NCBI GenBank assembly: GCA_963729895.1
Contig: CAVSQB010000011.1
Span: 64,001-128,000 of the forward strand
Direction of reading: 5' to 3'
Origin: an uncultured Fibrobacterota bacterium
GTDB taxonomy: Bacteria; Fibrobacterota; Chitinivibrionia; Chitinivibrionales; FEN-1185
DNA length: 64,000 nt
The translations under genes and the position numbers were made by a program. Under the pieces are notes generated by a model that ran no database searches, was not told the DNA's origin, and worked only from the letters and a program-made list of their open reading frames with translations. Shown in pieces: positions 38,949-49,694 of the stretch (positions are counted from its first letter, which is position 1; each line of letters starts with the position of its first letter).

Positions 38949-40496
38949 TCAACCTTTCGTTTCTTCCCTACGATTGTAGAAATGCAACAGCACCAGCACT
39001 CCCGCCGCGACCAGGTACATGAGGGCAAACGGGCCGGCCGCGCCGGGTGCAAGGTGATCCACAACGCCTGCCTGCGGAATGAGCCTGTACCCGTGCATGA
39101 GGCCGAAATACGCCATGACGGCGCCGGCCAGCATCCACGCCGCCGCCTTTACAAACCGGCGTTCTATCACAAAGACCATCATCGACGACAGCACCATGGA
39201 AGTGAGCATAAAGCCCTGGCTCAGCGAAATGATGCCGTAGATAAAGAGGTCGCCGCCGAACCTTGGGGCGACGTCGAACAGGCCGGTGCCGGCCTTTTGG
39301 AGCGCCGTATTTATAAGCAGTAATGCCCACGACGCAAGCGCTGGTACCAGCCCGAGCGCAACGGCGAGCGAATGCTTCTTTGGAACCTCCTGAAACGCCT
39401 GCGCGGTTATGATGATGCCGATCCACACCAGAATGCCGATCATGGCTTCCATGGGGACAATTTTGAGGATCAGCGTAACGCCGCCGATAAGGCAGAGGAT
39501 GGTGATCACGAACCCGTTGAGAACCGAGTATCCCCATCGCGCGCCCATCGCTTTCCACCCGGGATGGCCTATGTAAATGGTGGTGGGAAACGGGCTGCCG
39601 AGGCATGCCGCAACCGCCGATCCCAGCGCGTTTACAAGAAGCGACGGCCTGGTCTCGTACCGGTCGCCTGCGGCCTCGGCGCTTTCGAGGTTCTGCAGCG
39701 AGCCCACCACGTTGAACAGGGCCATGGGAAAAATCACGGAAAAATATTTCCAGCCCTGGCCGTCCCGCAGAAAGACCAGCATGTCGCCAAACGCAGTATG
39801 CGGGAAGTAAATATGGAAGCGGTAGGGATCGGTGAGCGGCTGGAAATAGTTGAACCCCAGCGCCCGCAGCGCCCATGCCGTAATCACGCCCGCCAACACC
39901 GCGACAAAACCTCCTGGAAGCCCGAGCGGCAATTTTATCCGGCCGCCGTAGGTAAAAAGGACCAGGAACATGGGCACCAGGGCAAGGACGGGCTTGGCAA
40001 AAATCTGAAACACGAATCCCATGGAAATAAAGGTGATTGCGATGCCGGCCAGTGTTGACAAAAGAGCTGCGCGCGGGGTGTGGCGCCGCACCCAGTCGCC
40101 GGCAAACGCGCCGATGGTTTCCAGTACCGCGCTCGCCAGACATGCAAAGAGGCCGGCCTGCCAGGCGATCGCGGCGTTTTTGGTGGCGAGATAAATTGGC
40201 ATGATAATAAGGAACACATAGGCGATGAGGCTGACGGTGTTGATGCCGTAGGGAAGGGCGGTGACGTCGGTGCGCCCGGTTCGTGCCGCAAGCCTGCGCG
40301 CCTGCCAGGCGTAATACATATTGCCGAAAAGAATGGATAGCGCCGCGCCTGGCATGATCCTGCCGTACAAAAGCGATCCGGGCATTCCGCAGCACTGGGT
40401 GCAGAATACGGCGATAAGCATCAGTTGCAGCAGGTTGTCGACAAAAAGTCCGAAAAACCCGTCAATATCGCCGCGGGAAAACCATCCGATTGTCAT
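38949..40496 (-). CDS. NCS2-related permease (xanthine/uracil/vitamin C permease-like)
   Basis: 'GDIDGFFGLFVDN', 'TALPYGIN', 'ESAEAAGD', 'YIGHPGWK'; many TM helices. Confidence 0.8.
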   Translation of the reverse strand: MTIGWFSRGDIDGFFGLFVDNLLQLMLIAVFCTQCCGMPGSLLYGRIMPGAALSILFGNMYYAWQARRLAARTGRTDVTALPYGINTVSLIAYVFLIIMPIYLATKNAAIAWQAGLFACLASAVLETIGAFAGDWVRRHTPRAALLSTLAGIAITFISMGFVFQIFAKPVLALVPMFLVLFTYGGRIKLPLGLPGGFVAVLAGVITAWALRALGFNYFQPLTDPYRFHIYFPHTAFGDMLVFLRDGQGWKYFSVIFPMALFNVVGSLQNLESAEAAGDRYETRPSLLVNALGSAVAACLGSPFPTTIYIGHPGWKAMGARWGYSVLNGFVITILCLIGGVTLILKIVPMEAMIGILVWIGIIITAQAFQEVPKKHSLAVALGLVPALASWALLLINTALQKAGTGLFDVAPRFGGDLFIYGIISLSQGFMLTSMVLSSMMVFVIERRFVKAAAWMLAGAVMAYFGLMHGYRLIPQAGVVDHLAPGAAGPFALMYLVAAGVLVLLHFYNRREETKG

Positions 40497-40605
40497 GCTA
40501 CCGTCCTTATGTTCCGTGAAAGGGCGCATACCTAATATGAATGTATCCGGCACCGTAAGGCAAATTTCCGCTTCGCGGTTTCAAAACTGCGGACGTTTTC
40601 CCATC

Positions 40606-40622
40606 TTTATGCTTTCCTTATG
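40606..40622 (+). promoter_or_regulatory. candidate KdpE box
   Basis: TTTATG-N5-CTTATG direct repeat with 11-bp spacing upstream of the kdp operon, like OmpR/PhoB-family sites. Confidence 0.45.
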
Positions 40623-40780
40623 GGTTTGACCCTTCTTTTTAGGTTTTCCCAATACAAGATGCCGTAATTTTAATAAACGGTGGGAACCGGATGGCCGGAA
40701 GGCCGCCCGGGATTGTAGGGTTCATATCATTTCCGGCACACGCTTTGCGGTTATTGATGCCTCAAAAGGGAGAACGATGC

Positions 40781-40876
40781 ATGAATCTCATACTATGGAT
40801 GTCGGGAATGTTCGTGCTGGGAATACTTTCAATGGAATTGTGTTTCCTTTTCATTAGGGCGTGCGAAAAAATATGA
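40781..40876 (+). CDS. 31-aa membrane peptide upstream of kdpF
   Basis: MNLILWMSGMFVLGILSMELCFLFIRACEKI; GGGAG RBS. Confidence 0.6.
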   Translation: MNLILWMSGMFVLGILSMELCFLFIRACEKI

Positions 40877-40886
40877 GGCGGTCAAA

Positions 40887-40967
40887 ATGATTTTTCTATC
40901 TGCGGGTATCGCGTTTTTCCTGTTGATCTACCTTTTTGTTGCGCTTATCAGGCCGGAATGGTTCTGA
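40887..40967 (+). CDS. kdpF: K+-transporting ATPase subunit F
   Basis: Not in the ORF track; MIFLSAGIAFFLLIYLFVALIRPEWF matches the 'YL..AL..PE.F' KdpF signature. Confidence 0.88.
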   Translation: MIFLSAGIAFFLLIYLFVALIRPEWF

Positions 40968-40989
40968 CACAAATAGACTTGAGGGTTCC

Positions 40990-42813
40990 ATGAAATTATG
41001 GATTGTTCCGATCGGTTTGCTTGTTGCGGCGACGCTCTGCGCCATTCCGTTGAGCAAGTATTTCGCTTGGATCATGGAAGGCAAGTTTAGGCCGCCCAAA
41101 TGGCTTCGGTGGTTCGAGAAGGCGCTTGACACCGGAGAGCAAACCTGGAAAGGCTATGCGGTATCCCTGATTATCTTCAACGCCGGTCTTTTCGTGGCCG
41201 GGTTTCTCGTTCTGGCCTTGCAGCCCTGGATGCCCATGAACCAGGACCACAAGGGCATGCTTGCGCCCACGACCATTTTCAACGCCGTGGTTTCCTTCAT
41301 GACGAACACGAACCTCCAGCACTATGCGGGAGATGTGAATTTGTCGAATTTCAGCCAGATATTCTTCTGCATTTTCAACATGTTCCTGTCCGCCTCGGTC
41401 GGTTTTTGCGCGCTTGTGGCGATCATTCGCGCCTTTCGCGGACAAAAAACCGTGGGTAATTTTTTCGTTGACATGTGGCGGGTATTCGTCTATCTGTTCC
41501 TGCCGGCTTCGATCATATTCGCCGTTTTCTTCATTTCCCAGGGTTCTCCCATGACGTTCAAGAGCTCGTTCCAGGTTTCGACCCTGGAGCCCGGCTCCAT
41601 GGGCACCACCGACAAAGGAGAACCGGCAAAGCAAACCATCGTCACCGGCCCCGTGGCCGCCCTGGAATCCATAAAGATGCTCGGTACAAACGGGGGAGGC
41701 TTTTTCGGAATGAACGCGGCTCATCCGTTTGAAAATCCTACCGCCGCGTCGAATTTCTTCAACACGCTTGCCATGATGCTGTTCCCGTTTTCCCTGGTGC
41801 TGATGTACGGCAGGATGCTTGGCAGAATGCGGCATTCCTGGGTGATTTTTTCGGTAATGCTGTTCATGATGGCCGGGACGATTGTCTGGTCTGTGTATTT
41901 CGACACCACGAAACCCAATCCGGCTTTCACCTCTCATCCGGCCTCGAAAACCTACACGATCCCCGGCAAGACCGGCTCCGGAGGTGCAATCACCATGACT
42001 TTGCCGGGCGTGGCCGGTTTGCCCGTTGATCAGCATTGCGGCAACCTGGAAGGCAAGGAATTGCGTTTCGGGACTTCCGCCGGAGCAACCTATGCTGCAA
42101 TCACCACTGACGTCACGTGCGGGTCGGTAAACGCGGAAGCGGACGCCCTTAATCCGCTGGCAGCAATTGCCCCGATGGCGGGCATGTGGCTCAACTGCAT
42201 TTTTGGCGGCAAGGGCGTGGGACTGATGAACTTTCTCATGTTCCTGATTCTCGGGATTTTCCTCGCCGGGCAAATGGTGGGCCGCACGCCGGAATACCTG
42301 GGGAAGAAGATCGGGAGCCGCGAGGTGAAGCTGGCCGTGATCGCACTGCTGATGCATCCGATCATGATCCTGCTTCCCGTGGGGCTTTTTGCAGCCACGC
42401 CGTGGGGAATGAAGGCGGAAACCAATCCCGGGCCGCATGGATTTTCGCAAATCACCTATCAGTTTTCCTCTGCATCCGCAAACAACGGGTCTGCGTTCGA
42501 CGGTCTCAATGTTAGCTATGGATTCAATGACAATCCAAACCCGGCGCCCGAAGCGCGTGCATGGGACATTGCAACCGGTCTGGTGATGCTTTTCGGCAGA
42601 TATCTTCCCATTATCGCAATGATTGCCATGGCCGGGTCTCTTGGTGCAAAAAAATCGGCGCCGTTCGGCCTGGGAACGCTTCGCGACGACACGCTCACGT
42701 TCGGGTTCTTGCTTTTAGGCACTGTCGTGATCGTGGGCGCTTTGCTGTTTCTGCCTTTGGCGGCGCTCGGCCCCATTGCCGAACAGTTGGGTCCGATACC
42801 GTTCGGCGGGTGA
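40990..42813 (+). CDS. kdpA: K+-transporting ATPase subunit A
   Basis: 'SFMTNTNLQHY', 'LGTNGGG', 'LEGKELRFG', 'GRTPEYLGKK', 'ANNGSAF'. Confidence 0.96.
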   Translation: MKLWIVPIGLLVAATLCAIPLSKYFAWIMEGKFRPPKWLRWFEKALDTGEQTWKGYAVSLIIFNAGLFVAGFLVLALQPWMPMNQDHKGMLAPTTIFNAVVSFMTNTNLQHYAGDVNLSNFSQIFFCIFNMFLSASVGFCALVAIIRAFRGQKTVGNFFVDMWRVFVYLFLPASIIFAVFFISQGSPMTFKSSFQVSTLEPGSMGTTDKGEPAKQTIVTGPVAALESIKMLGTNGGGFFGMNAAHPFENPTAASNFFNTLAMMLFPFSLVLMYGRMLGRMRHSWVIFSVMLFMMAGTIVWSVYFDTTKPNPAFTSHPASKTYTIPGKTGSGGAITMTLPGVAGLPVDQHCGNLEGKELRFGTSAGATYAAITTDVTCGSVNAEADALNPLAAIAPMAGMWLNCIFGGKGVGLMNFLMFLILGIFLAGQMVGRTPEYLGKKIGSREVKLAVIALLMHPIMILLPVGLFAATPWGMKAETNPGPHGFSQITYQFSSASANNGSAFDGLNVSYGFNDNPNPAPEARAWDIATGLVMLFGRYLPIIAMIAMAGSLGAKKSAPFGLGTLRDDTLTFGFLLLGTVVIVGALLFLPLAALGPIAEQLGPIPFGG

Positions 42814-42825
42814 CGATGATTCACC

Positions 42826-44982
42826 GTGAGTAGTAAGGAAATCACCATGAATGCAACACTGTATGCTCCGGTAAAGGCCCATTCCATCCGCAAGAAAATG
42901 CGGCGCAAGCCCTTATTCTCCGCCGACATCGCTATCCCAGCACTGAAAGACGCATGTGTCATGCTGCGGCCCGACGTCCAGTGGAAAAACCCGGTGATGT
43001 TCGTGGTTGAAGCGGGCGCCGTTCTTACCCTGTTGTACATTGTTGCGGCCCTCCTGGGAAAAAGCGAAAGCCGGGTGCCCGTTTCCTACTTTGTGTCGTT
43101 GGATGCATGGCTCTTTGCGACGGTGCTGTTTGCAAATTTCGCCACGGCGATTGCCGAGGCGCGCGGCAAGGCTCAGGCCGAGAGTTTGCGGCGTACGCGG
43201 CGCGATACCGTGGCGTACCGCAGGCGAGGCGACGGTACACTGGAGGAAGTCGCGTCAACGGAATTACGGGCCGGAGACGAGGTTGTGGTGGGCGCGGGCC
43301 AGATCATTCCGGGAGACGGTGAAATAATCATTGGTATCGCGTCAATCGACGAATCCGCGATTACCGGGGAGTCCGCGCCGGTCATTCGTGAATCGGGGGG
43401 AGACCGGTCGGGTGTTGTGGGCGGAACGCTGGTGATTTCGGACAGCATCACGGTCCGCATTACGGGCGCCGGCGGCGAGTCGTTTCTTGACAAAATGATA
43501 GCGCTCGTCGAGGGTGCGATCAGGCAGCGTACCCCCAACGAGATTGCCTTGACTCTGGTGCTGTCCGCGCTGACCCTTATCTTTCTGATCGTGGTGATTC
43601 CTTTGGTCCCCATGGCCTGGAACGCGGAGCAGTACATGACCGCGTATCTTGGTCTGGATCGGCCGCTTAAGAGCCTGGGCACCGACATCCCGACCTTGAT
43701 CGCGCTTTTGGTGTGCCTCATCCCGACGACGATCGGTGCATTGCTTGCCGCAATAGGAATTGCCGGAATGGAGCGGGCGCTTCGCAATAATATCATCGCC
43801 AAGAGCGGAAGGGCGGTTGAAACGGCCGGCGACATCGACGTGGTGCTTTTTGACAAAACAGGAACAATCACCATGGGGAACCGCCAGGCCACCGAGTTTC
43901 TCCCGGTGGCAGGCTACTCGGCCGACGAGGTTATCCGGCTTTCGGCGCTTGCCTCTGCGGCGGACGAAACCCCCGAGGGAAGAAGCATCGTCAAAGCGTA
44001 TGAGAGCCGGGGGCGCGGATCGCTGAGCCTTCCGTCCGCGGCGCATTTTGTGCCTTTTTCGGCGCAGACTCGTATGAGCGGCGTTGATCTGCCCGACGGG
44101 CAGCGGATCAGAAAAGGCGCGTCGGACGCCATCATATCCTTTGTCAATTCGATGGGCGGGTCTGCGCCCGAGGCGCTGCGGCCCTTGGTTGAGCGCGTGG
44201 CGTCGAAGGGTGCGACCCCGCTTGTCGTCGCCGACAACGGGAAGGTGGCCGGCGTCATCGTGCTTTCCGACATTTTGAAGCCGGGAATGAAGGAACGGCT
44301 TGACAATCTCCGGAAAATGGGGCTTCGTAGGGTCATGATTACCGGCGACAATCCGCTTACCGCGGCGACGATTTCGGCGCAGGCCGGAATGGATGATTTT
44401 CTCGCCCAGGCAACGCCGGAGGCAAAGCTCGAGTTCATTCGCGACGAGCAATCGAAAGGAAAACTCGTTGCCATGATGGGGGACGGCACCAACGACGCAC
44501 CCGCCCTTGCCCAGGCGGACGTCGCCCTTGCCATGAACGCCGGCACGCAGGCGGCGAAAGAAGCCTCAAATATGGTCGATCTCGACAGCGATCCGACCAA
44601 ATTGATCGAAGTGGTTGAAATCGGGAAGCAGCTGCTCATGACGCGCGGGGCCCTTACCACTTTTTCAATCGCCAACGACATAGCGAAATATTTTGCGATC
44701 ATCCCGGCTCTTTTTGCGGGAACGCTGCCCTGGCTCAAGGCCATTGACATCATGCACCTGCACTCGCCGACATCGGCAATTCTTTCTGCGATTATTTTCA
44801 ACGCCCTTATCATTCCGGCGCTCATTCCGGTGGCTCTCAAAGGCGTGAGGTACCGGTCGCTCGGCGCAGACGCGCTTCTCCGGAGAAATCTTCTTTTCTG
44901 GGGCGCGGGCGGGGTGGTTATTCCATTTATCGGCATCAAGCTGATTGATGTGGTGATGACCGCATTGCATCTGACGGCCTAG
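42826..44982 (+). CDS. kdpB: K+-transporting ATPase subunit B
   Basis: 'KNPVMFVVE', 'TGES', 'DKTGT', 'KGA', '[10 protein letters not shown]'. Confidence 0.97.
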   Translation: MSSKEITMNATLYAPVKAHSIRKKMRRKPLFSADIAIPALKDACVMLRPDVQWKNPVMFVVEAGAVLTLLYIVAALLGKSESRVPVSYFVSLDAWLFATVLFANFATAIAEARGKAQAESLRRTRRDTVAYRRRGDGTLEEVASTELRAGDEVVVGAGQIIPGDGEIIIGIASIDESAITGESAPVIRESGGDRSGVVGGTLVISDSITVRITGAGGESFLDKMIALVEGAIRQRTPNEIALTLVLSALTLIFLIVVIPLVPMAWNAEQYMTAYLGLDRPLKSLGTDIPTLIALLVCLIPTTIGALLAAIGIAGMERALRNNIIAKSGRAVETAGDIDVVLFDKTGTITMGNRQATEFLPVAGYSADEVIRLSALASAADETPEGRSIVKAYESRGRGSLSLPSAAHFVPFSAQTRMSGVDLPDGQRIRKGASDAIISFVNSMGGSAPEALRPLVERVASKGATPLVVADNGKVAGVIVLSDILKPGMKERLDNLRKMGLRRVMITGDNPLTAATISAQAGMDDFLAQATPEAKLEFIRDEQSKGKLVAMMGDGTNDAPALAQADVALAMNAGTQAAKEASNMVDLDSDPTKLIEVVEIGKQLLMTRGALTTFSIANDIAKYFAIIPALFAGTLPWLKAIDIMHLHSPTSAILSAIIFNALIIPALIPVALKGVRYRSLGADALLRRNLLFWGAGGVVIPFIGIKLIDVVMTALHLTA

Positions 44983-45012
44983 AGGCCCGATGGTTCGAAA
45001 GGAAGTCTCACC

Positions 45013-46029
45013 ATGATGAAAAACATTTCAAAGACATTCCTGCTGCTCGCATTTGCCTATTGCATCTGCTGCGGAGTCTATCCGGCAATGCTCTGGGGAA
45101 TCGGCAGGATATTTTTTCCCTTTGAGGCGGGCGGGAGCGTTCTCTACGGCCCGGACAAAGAACCGATCGGGTCTGAGCTTATAGCACAGCCCTTTACACA
45201 AGACCAATACTTCCAGCCGCGCCCTTCCGCGGCGTCGTACAATGCCGCGGCATCTGCCTCGGCCGCGCTTGCGCCGTCGAAGTACGCACTTCGCAACCGG
45301 GTTGCAACGATGCTTGGCCCCATCGTCAGGTATAAGAGCGGATCCCGGGCCGGGCGGCTCGCTGCGCCCGACGTCGAGCATTGGTTTCGGAAAGACACGT
45401 TTCAGGGCGCGCCGTCCGTTGTTGCGCAATGGGCCGCGGCCCACAGCGGTTGCGCGCAGGCCTGGGTCTCCGCCGATTCAAGCCATATCCGTTATGTAAA
45501 CAAATGGGCGAATGCGCATCCCTTGGACGTGGCGCAATTCGTCAAGCAAAATCCGGCAACCACGAAACCCGGGGCCGGGGATCTCGCAGTACCGTTTTTT
45601 ACGTCGTTTTCAAAGGAGAACCCGGGAAAATTTCCGGGGCCCGTGTCCCATGCCGGACCGGCCGGCACACCGGTCGTTGACATCGGCCCGGTGGGCGAGG
45701 GAACCGACATCCAATCTATCTTCTTTGACCTATGGCGGCAGGACAATCCGGATGCCGACCTCCAGCCCGTTCCCGGCGACATGGTGACGACGTCGGCGTC
45801 CGGGCTTGACCCGCATATATCGCTCGAAAATGCGGAATTCCAGCTTGATCGCGTTGCCTCAAAATGGGCCTTGCTTTTGCATCACGGCCAAACGCCGCTG
45901 CGTGAGGAAATCCGGCAGGTTTTGCTGGCCAACGCGTTTGCGCCGCTCAAGGGCCTGGCGGGCGAGAAAATGGTGAATGTCCTGAAAGTGAATATCGAGC
46001 TTCAACGCCGGTTCAAACCGGTCATGTAA
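45013..46029 (+). CDS. kdpC: K+-transporting ATPase subunit C, long form with a large insertion
   Basis: 'GSELIAQPF..YFQPRPSA', 'TSASGLDPHIS', 'VNVLKVN'; 338 aa. Confidence 0.9.
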   Translation: MMKNISKTFLLLAFAYCICCGVYPAMLWGIGRIFFPFEAGGSVLYGPDKEPIGSELIAQPFTQDQYFQPRPSAASYNAAASASAALAPSKYALRNRVATMLGPIVRYKSGSRAGRLAAPDVEHWFRKDTFQGAPSVVAQWAAAHSGCAQAWVSADSSHIRYVNKWANAHPLDVAQFVKQNPATTKPGAGDLAVPFFTSFSKENPGKFPGPVSHAGPAGTPVVDIGPVGEGTDIQSIFFDLWRQDNPDADLQPVPGDMVTTSASGLDPHISLENAEFQLDRVASKWALLLHHGQTPLREEIRQVLLANAFAPLKGLAGEKMVNVLKVNIELQRRFKPVM

Positions 46030-46042
46030 GGGAGGTCCGATT

Positions 46043-46831
46043 ATGAATTTATCGACAAAACAGCGGGACAATCTCGTTAGGTTCGGGAAAATGCTTGGTT
46101 TTGCCGCGGCGATCCTGGTGGCCACCAAACTCACCTTTCACTATGGAACCCTCACTAACTCTTCAACTGCGGCGTTCGGATTCCTCATTATAGTGCTTCT
46201 GTCCGCGTTTTTCGGCGATCTTTTTGTGGCCGTTTCCACATCTTTGGTGGCCACGCTCTGCTTCGATTATTTCTATCTGCTGCCGGTCGGGAAATTCACC
46301 ATTGCGGCTTTTTCCGATTGGATCTCTCTGGCGGCATTCCTTGCCGCTTCCGTCATCATCAGCCGTCTCGCGGCATCGGCGGCTGAAAACAGGAGAAAAG
46401 CAAGTATACTGAACAAGGCTCTTGCCCAATTGAAGGAATTCGGAGAGTGGCTTTTGTCCATGCCGCACCACGGGCTCACCCTAACCGGAATTGCACAAAA
46501 AGCACTCGCTGTTTTCTCGTTGGAATACTGCTCGATCCACGTGTACGGCGAGGGAAAATGGCAGCATTTTACCGGCGCTGCGGCAACCGATATTCCGGCT
46601 GAGATTGAAAACCGGCTCAAGTTCTTCCAAGACCATTCGAGGGAACTAATGGAATTGGCGGATGAAGACATGCTCGGTGTACGATATGTCCGGATCAGCA
46701 AGGGAACTGCCACGCTTGCATTGCTGGCCGTCAAGAGTGAAACGCTGCCTTGCGAGGCCCTGGGAACCATTGCCTACATGATCGGCGTGCAGTTGAGCGT
46801 GATCATGGACAACAAGCACACCGCTTACTAA
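46043..46831 (+). CDS. stand-alone DUF4118 (KdpD membrane domain) plus GAF-like protein
   Basis: Four TM helices with 'LCFDYFYLLP..FTI'; soluble C-terminal domain; no kinase domain. Confidence 0.75.
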   Translation: MNLSTKQRDNLVRFGKMLGFAAAILVATKLTFHYGTLTNSSTAAFGFLIIVLLSAFFGDLFVAVSTSLVATLCFDYFYLLPVGKFTIAAFSDWISLAAFLAASVIISRLAASAAENRRKASILNKALAQLKEFGEWLLSMPHHGLTLTGIAQKALAVFSLEYCSIHVYGEGKWQHFTGAAATDIPAEIENRLKFFQDHSRELMELADEDMLGVRYVRISKGTATLALLAVKSETLPCEALGTIAYMIGVQLSVIMDNKHTAY

Positions 46832-47000
46832 TATTCTCACAAGTAAGGTTACATAAACCTGCCGGACGATGCTGCGAGGATGGGACCCCATGCGTGACAC
46901 GAATTGAAGTGGCTTCGTTCCGCGGAAGATACTATTTATTAGGGAAGAAAACAGACGGATATATTCTTCAATATGATCGCGTCGGACTGGACCTGCAAAA

Positions 47001-49694
47001 ATGAGCGACCCCGACCGGCCGAATCCCGATGTCCTGCTCGCTTCCATCCAAAGAAACGAACAGGCCAAACTGCGGGGCACGCTGAAGATCTTCTTCGGAA
47101 TGTGCCCGGGTGTGGGGAAGACATTCGCCATGCTCAAGGCCGGACAGGCCCTGAACGCAAAAGGCGTCTCCGTTGCGGTCGGAGTCGTCGAGACCCACGG
47201 CCGCCGGGAAACGGAAGCGCTGCTCTCCGGCCTTACCGTTATTCCGCGGCTTACCATACACTACAAAGGCAAGGCGCTTTTGGACCTGGACCTCGATGCC
47301 GTACTGGCGGCCCGGCCCGGGAATGTACTTGTGGACGAGCTCGCGCACACCAATGCCGAGGGCATGCGGCATGCCAAACGGTACCAGGACGTGATCGAGT
47401 TGCTTGACAGTGGGATAAACGTCCTTACCACCCTCAACGTGCAGCACGTGGAAAGCCTCGTGGACTCGGTGCGCCAGATTACCGGCATCACGGTGCGCGA
47501 GACGGTGCCCGACAGCGTTCTTGATTTAGCGGATGACATCGAGCTTGTCGATCTGCCTCCCGACGAACTCCTGCTTCGCCTCAGGGAAGGCAAGGTATAT
47601 ACTGCGGAGCGTTCCGAGGCCGCGGCGCGGCATTTTTTCCAGAAAGGCAATCTTACCGCCCTCCGGGAAATCGCGCTTCGCAAGACCGCGGACCGGGTGA
47701 ACCTCCAGCTCAAGGACTACATGCAGGAGAACCGGATCAGCGGGCCGTGGAAAACGGTGGAGCGCCTCATGGTGGCGGTGGGGCCGAGCCCGTATTCGGA
47801 ACAGCTCATCCGCTGGACGCGGCGGATAGCCGCCACCATGGAGGCGCCGTGGATCGCCGTTTATGTCCAGGCCTCCCGGCCGCTCCCCGAAGCGGCCGAA
47901 AAGCGCCTCAAAAAGAACATCGCGCTCGCGCAGGAACTCGGCGCGACCCTGGTCACCACCGCTGACGACGACATCGCACGGGCGCTTTTGCGGGCCGCCC
48001 GCCAGAACAACGCCACGCAGATTGTTATTGGTAAATCGATGACGAACCCGGTGCTCGACCTCGTGCACGGCGGGTCGTTGGTAAACAGGCTTATCCGTGA
48101 AAGCGGAGCGATCGATATCTATGTCGTAAAAAGTGATGCCGGGGCTCCGCCGAAAAAACCCTTCCGGTACCGGGGGTTCGCGGGTGTAGCTTCCCCGCTG
48201 CACCATTATGTGGCCTCCTGCATTGCCGTGTGCGCCGCCACCGCGGCCTGCTCTCTGGCCTCATCGTACATCGATTACCGTTCGGTGGGCATGTTTCTTC
48301 TTTTTATTATTTCGCTTCTTTCACTTTTTATCGGGCGCGGACCGCTTTTTGCGGCAGCCGCCTTGAGCGCGGTATTCTGGGATTTCTTCTTTATCCCGCC
48401 GGTTTTCACGTTTTCGATTTCACACCCGTCCGATGTGCTGCTGGTGTCGCTTTATTTTATCGTTGCGCTCGTGAGCGGCACGCTCACCTCGCGGACAAGG
48501 ACCAAGGAAACCATCGTGCGGCGTCGCGAGCGGTTTACCTCGGCGCTTTATTTATTTGTCAATAAACTCGCGGCCGCGGAAACAATGGACGACATCGCGC
48601 GGGCGGGTATGGAGAACATGGCGTCGGTGTTCGGCGCCCGCGCAGCGCTGTACCTGCCCGAAACGGCGGAGTCGATCGGGCGAAAACCGCATCCTTTAAG
48701 TACCTTTGCTCCGGACACCGACAAGGAATTAAGCGTGGCGGAATGGGTTTTCTCAAACAGAAAACCGGCCGGACGCGCCACGGCGACGCTCACCTTCGCC
48801 ACGGCGGCGTATTATCCGCTTTTGATGCATGGAGTGTGCAGGGGCGTTGTTGGCCTTGTTGCGCAGGACTCAAAGGAAATGCCTGTGGAACAGGAAGGCC
48901 TTCTGGCGATGTTCCTGGACCAGTGGGCCTTTGCGCTCGACCGGGCCTATCTGCGCGAGCAGGCGGCAAAAACGAGGCTGCTTGAGGAATCCGAGCGCCT
49001 CAACAAGACCCTGCTCAATTCCATTTCTCATGAATTGCGAACCCCGCTCGCGGCCATTACCGGTGCGTCAAGCAGCCTGCTGGAAGCGGCGGTCGCGGAA
49101 GACAGCCGGGCGCGCAACGTTCTCATCGGAGACATCAGAGCGGCTTCGTCCCGGTTGAACAGGCTGGTGGAAAACCTGCTCGACATGACCCGGATCGAAT
49201 CGGGCGGGTTGACAATTGCCAAGGACTGGTGCGACGTTCGCGACATCATCAATTCGGTGCTGGACGGCCTTTCGGAGGAGCTGTCGCGGCACAGCGTTCG
49301 CGTGACGATCGCCGACGATGTGCCGCTTGTAAAACTCGACGGCATCATCATAGAACAGGTATTGTCGAACATCGTGCTCAACGCCGCGCAGTATACGCCG
49401 CCGGGGACGCCGGTCCATATCAGATCGTTTTTCGAGGCCGGGTCGCTTGTGTGTGCCGTCGAAGACGAGGGCCCGGGCCTGCCGGAAGAATCGATCACCC
49501 GGATTTTTGACAAGTTCTACAGGGTCCCGGGCACGAGGGCCGGCGGCACGGGGCTCGGATTATCTATTGTAAAAGGATTCGTCGAATTACACGGTGGTAC
49601 GGTGGAGGCCGAGAACCGCGTGAACAAAGGCGCGCAATTCACCATCCGGCTGCCGGTTGAGTACAAACCGTTCGTCGCAGACGAGGCGTTGTGA
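47001..49694 (+). CDS. kdpD: K+ sensor histidine kinase
   Basis: 'GMCPGVGKT', 'VDELAHTN', USP domain, four TM helices, 'SHELRTPL', 'GTGLGL'. Confidence 0.96.
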   Translation: MSDPDRPNPDVLLASIQRNEQAKLRGTLKIFFGMCPGVGKTFAMLKAGQALNAKGVSVAVGVVETHGRRETEALLSGLTVIPRLTIHYKGKALLDLDLDAVLAARPGNVLVDELAHTNAEGMRHAKRYQDVIELLDSGINVLTTLNVQHVESLVDSVRQITGITVRETVPDSVLDLADDIELVDLPPDELLLRLREGKVYTAERSEAAARHFFQKGNLTALREIALRKTADRVNLQLKDYMQENRISGPWKTVERLMVAVGPSPYSEQLIRWTRRIAATMEAPWIAVYVQASRPLPEAAEKRLKKNIALAQELGATLVTTADDDIARALLRAARQNNATQIVIGKSMTNPVLDLVHGGSLVNRLIRESGAIDIYVVKSDAGAPPKKPFRYRGFAGVASPLHHYVASCIAVCAATAACSLASSYIDYRSVGMFLLFIISLLSLFIGRGPLFAAAALSAVFWDFFFIPPVFTFSISHPSDVLLVSLYFIVALVSGTLTSRTRTKETIVRRRERFTSALYLFVNKLAAAETMDDIARAGMENMASVFGARAALYLPETAESIGRKPHPLSTFAPDTDKELSVAEWVFSNRKPAGRATATLTFATAAYYPLLMHGVCRGVVGLVAQDSKEMPVEQEGLLAMFLDQWAFALDRAYLREQAAKTRLLEESERLNKTLLNSISHELRTPLAAITGASSSLLEAAVAEDSRARNVLIGDIRAASSRLNRLVENLLDMTRIESGGLTIAKDWCDVRDIINSVLDGLSEELSRHSVRVTIADDVPLVKLDGIIIEQVLSNIVLNAAQYTPPGTPVHIRSFFEAGSLVCAVEDEGPGLPEESITRIFDKFYRVPGTRAGGTGLGLSIVKGFVELHGGTVEAENRVNKGAQFTIRLPVEYKPFVADEAL

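Noticed and set aside
40497..40605. Purine riboswitch upstream of the NCS2-like permease
   Set aside because: No purine aptamer core (TATAAT..GATATGG..TTTCTACC..CCGTAAA) on the minus strand
40650..40780. c-di-AMP (ydaO) riboswitch upstream of kdp
   Set aside because: I could not find the conserved ydaO core motifs; only a generic hairpin is present
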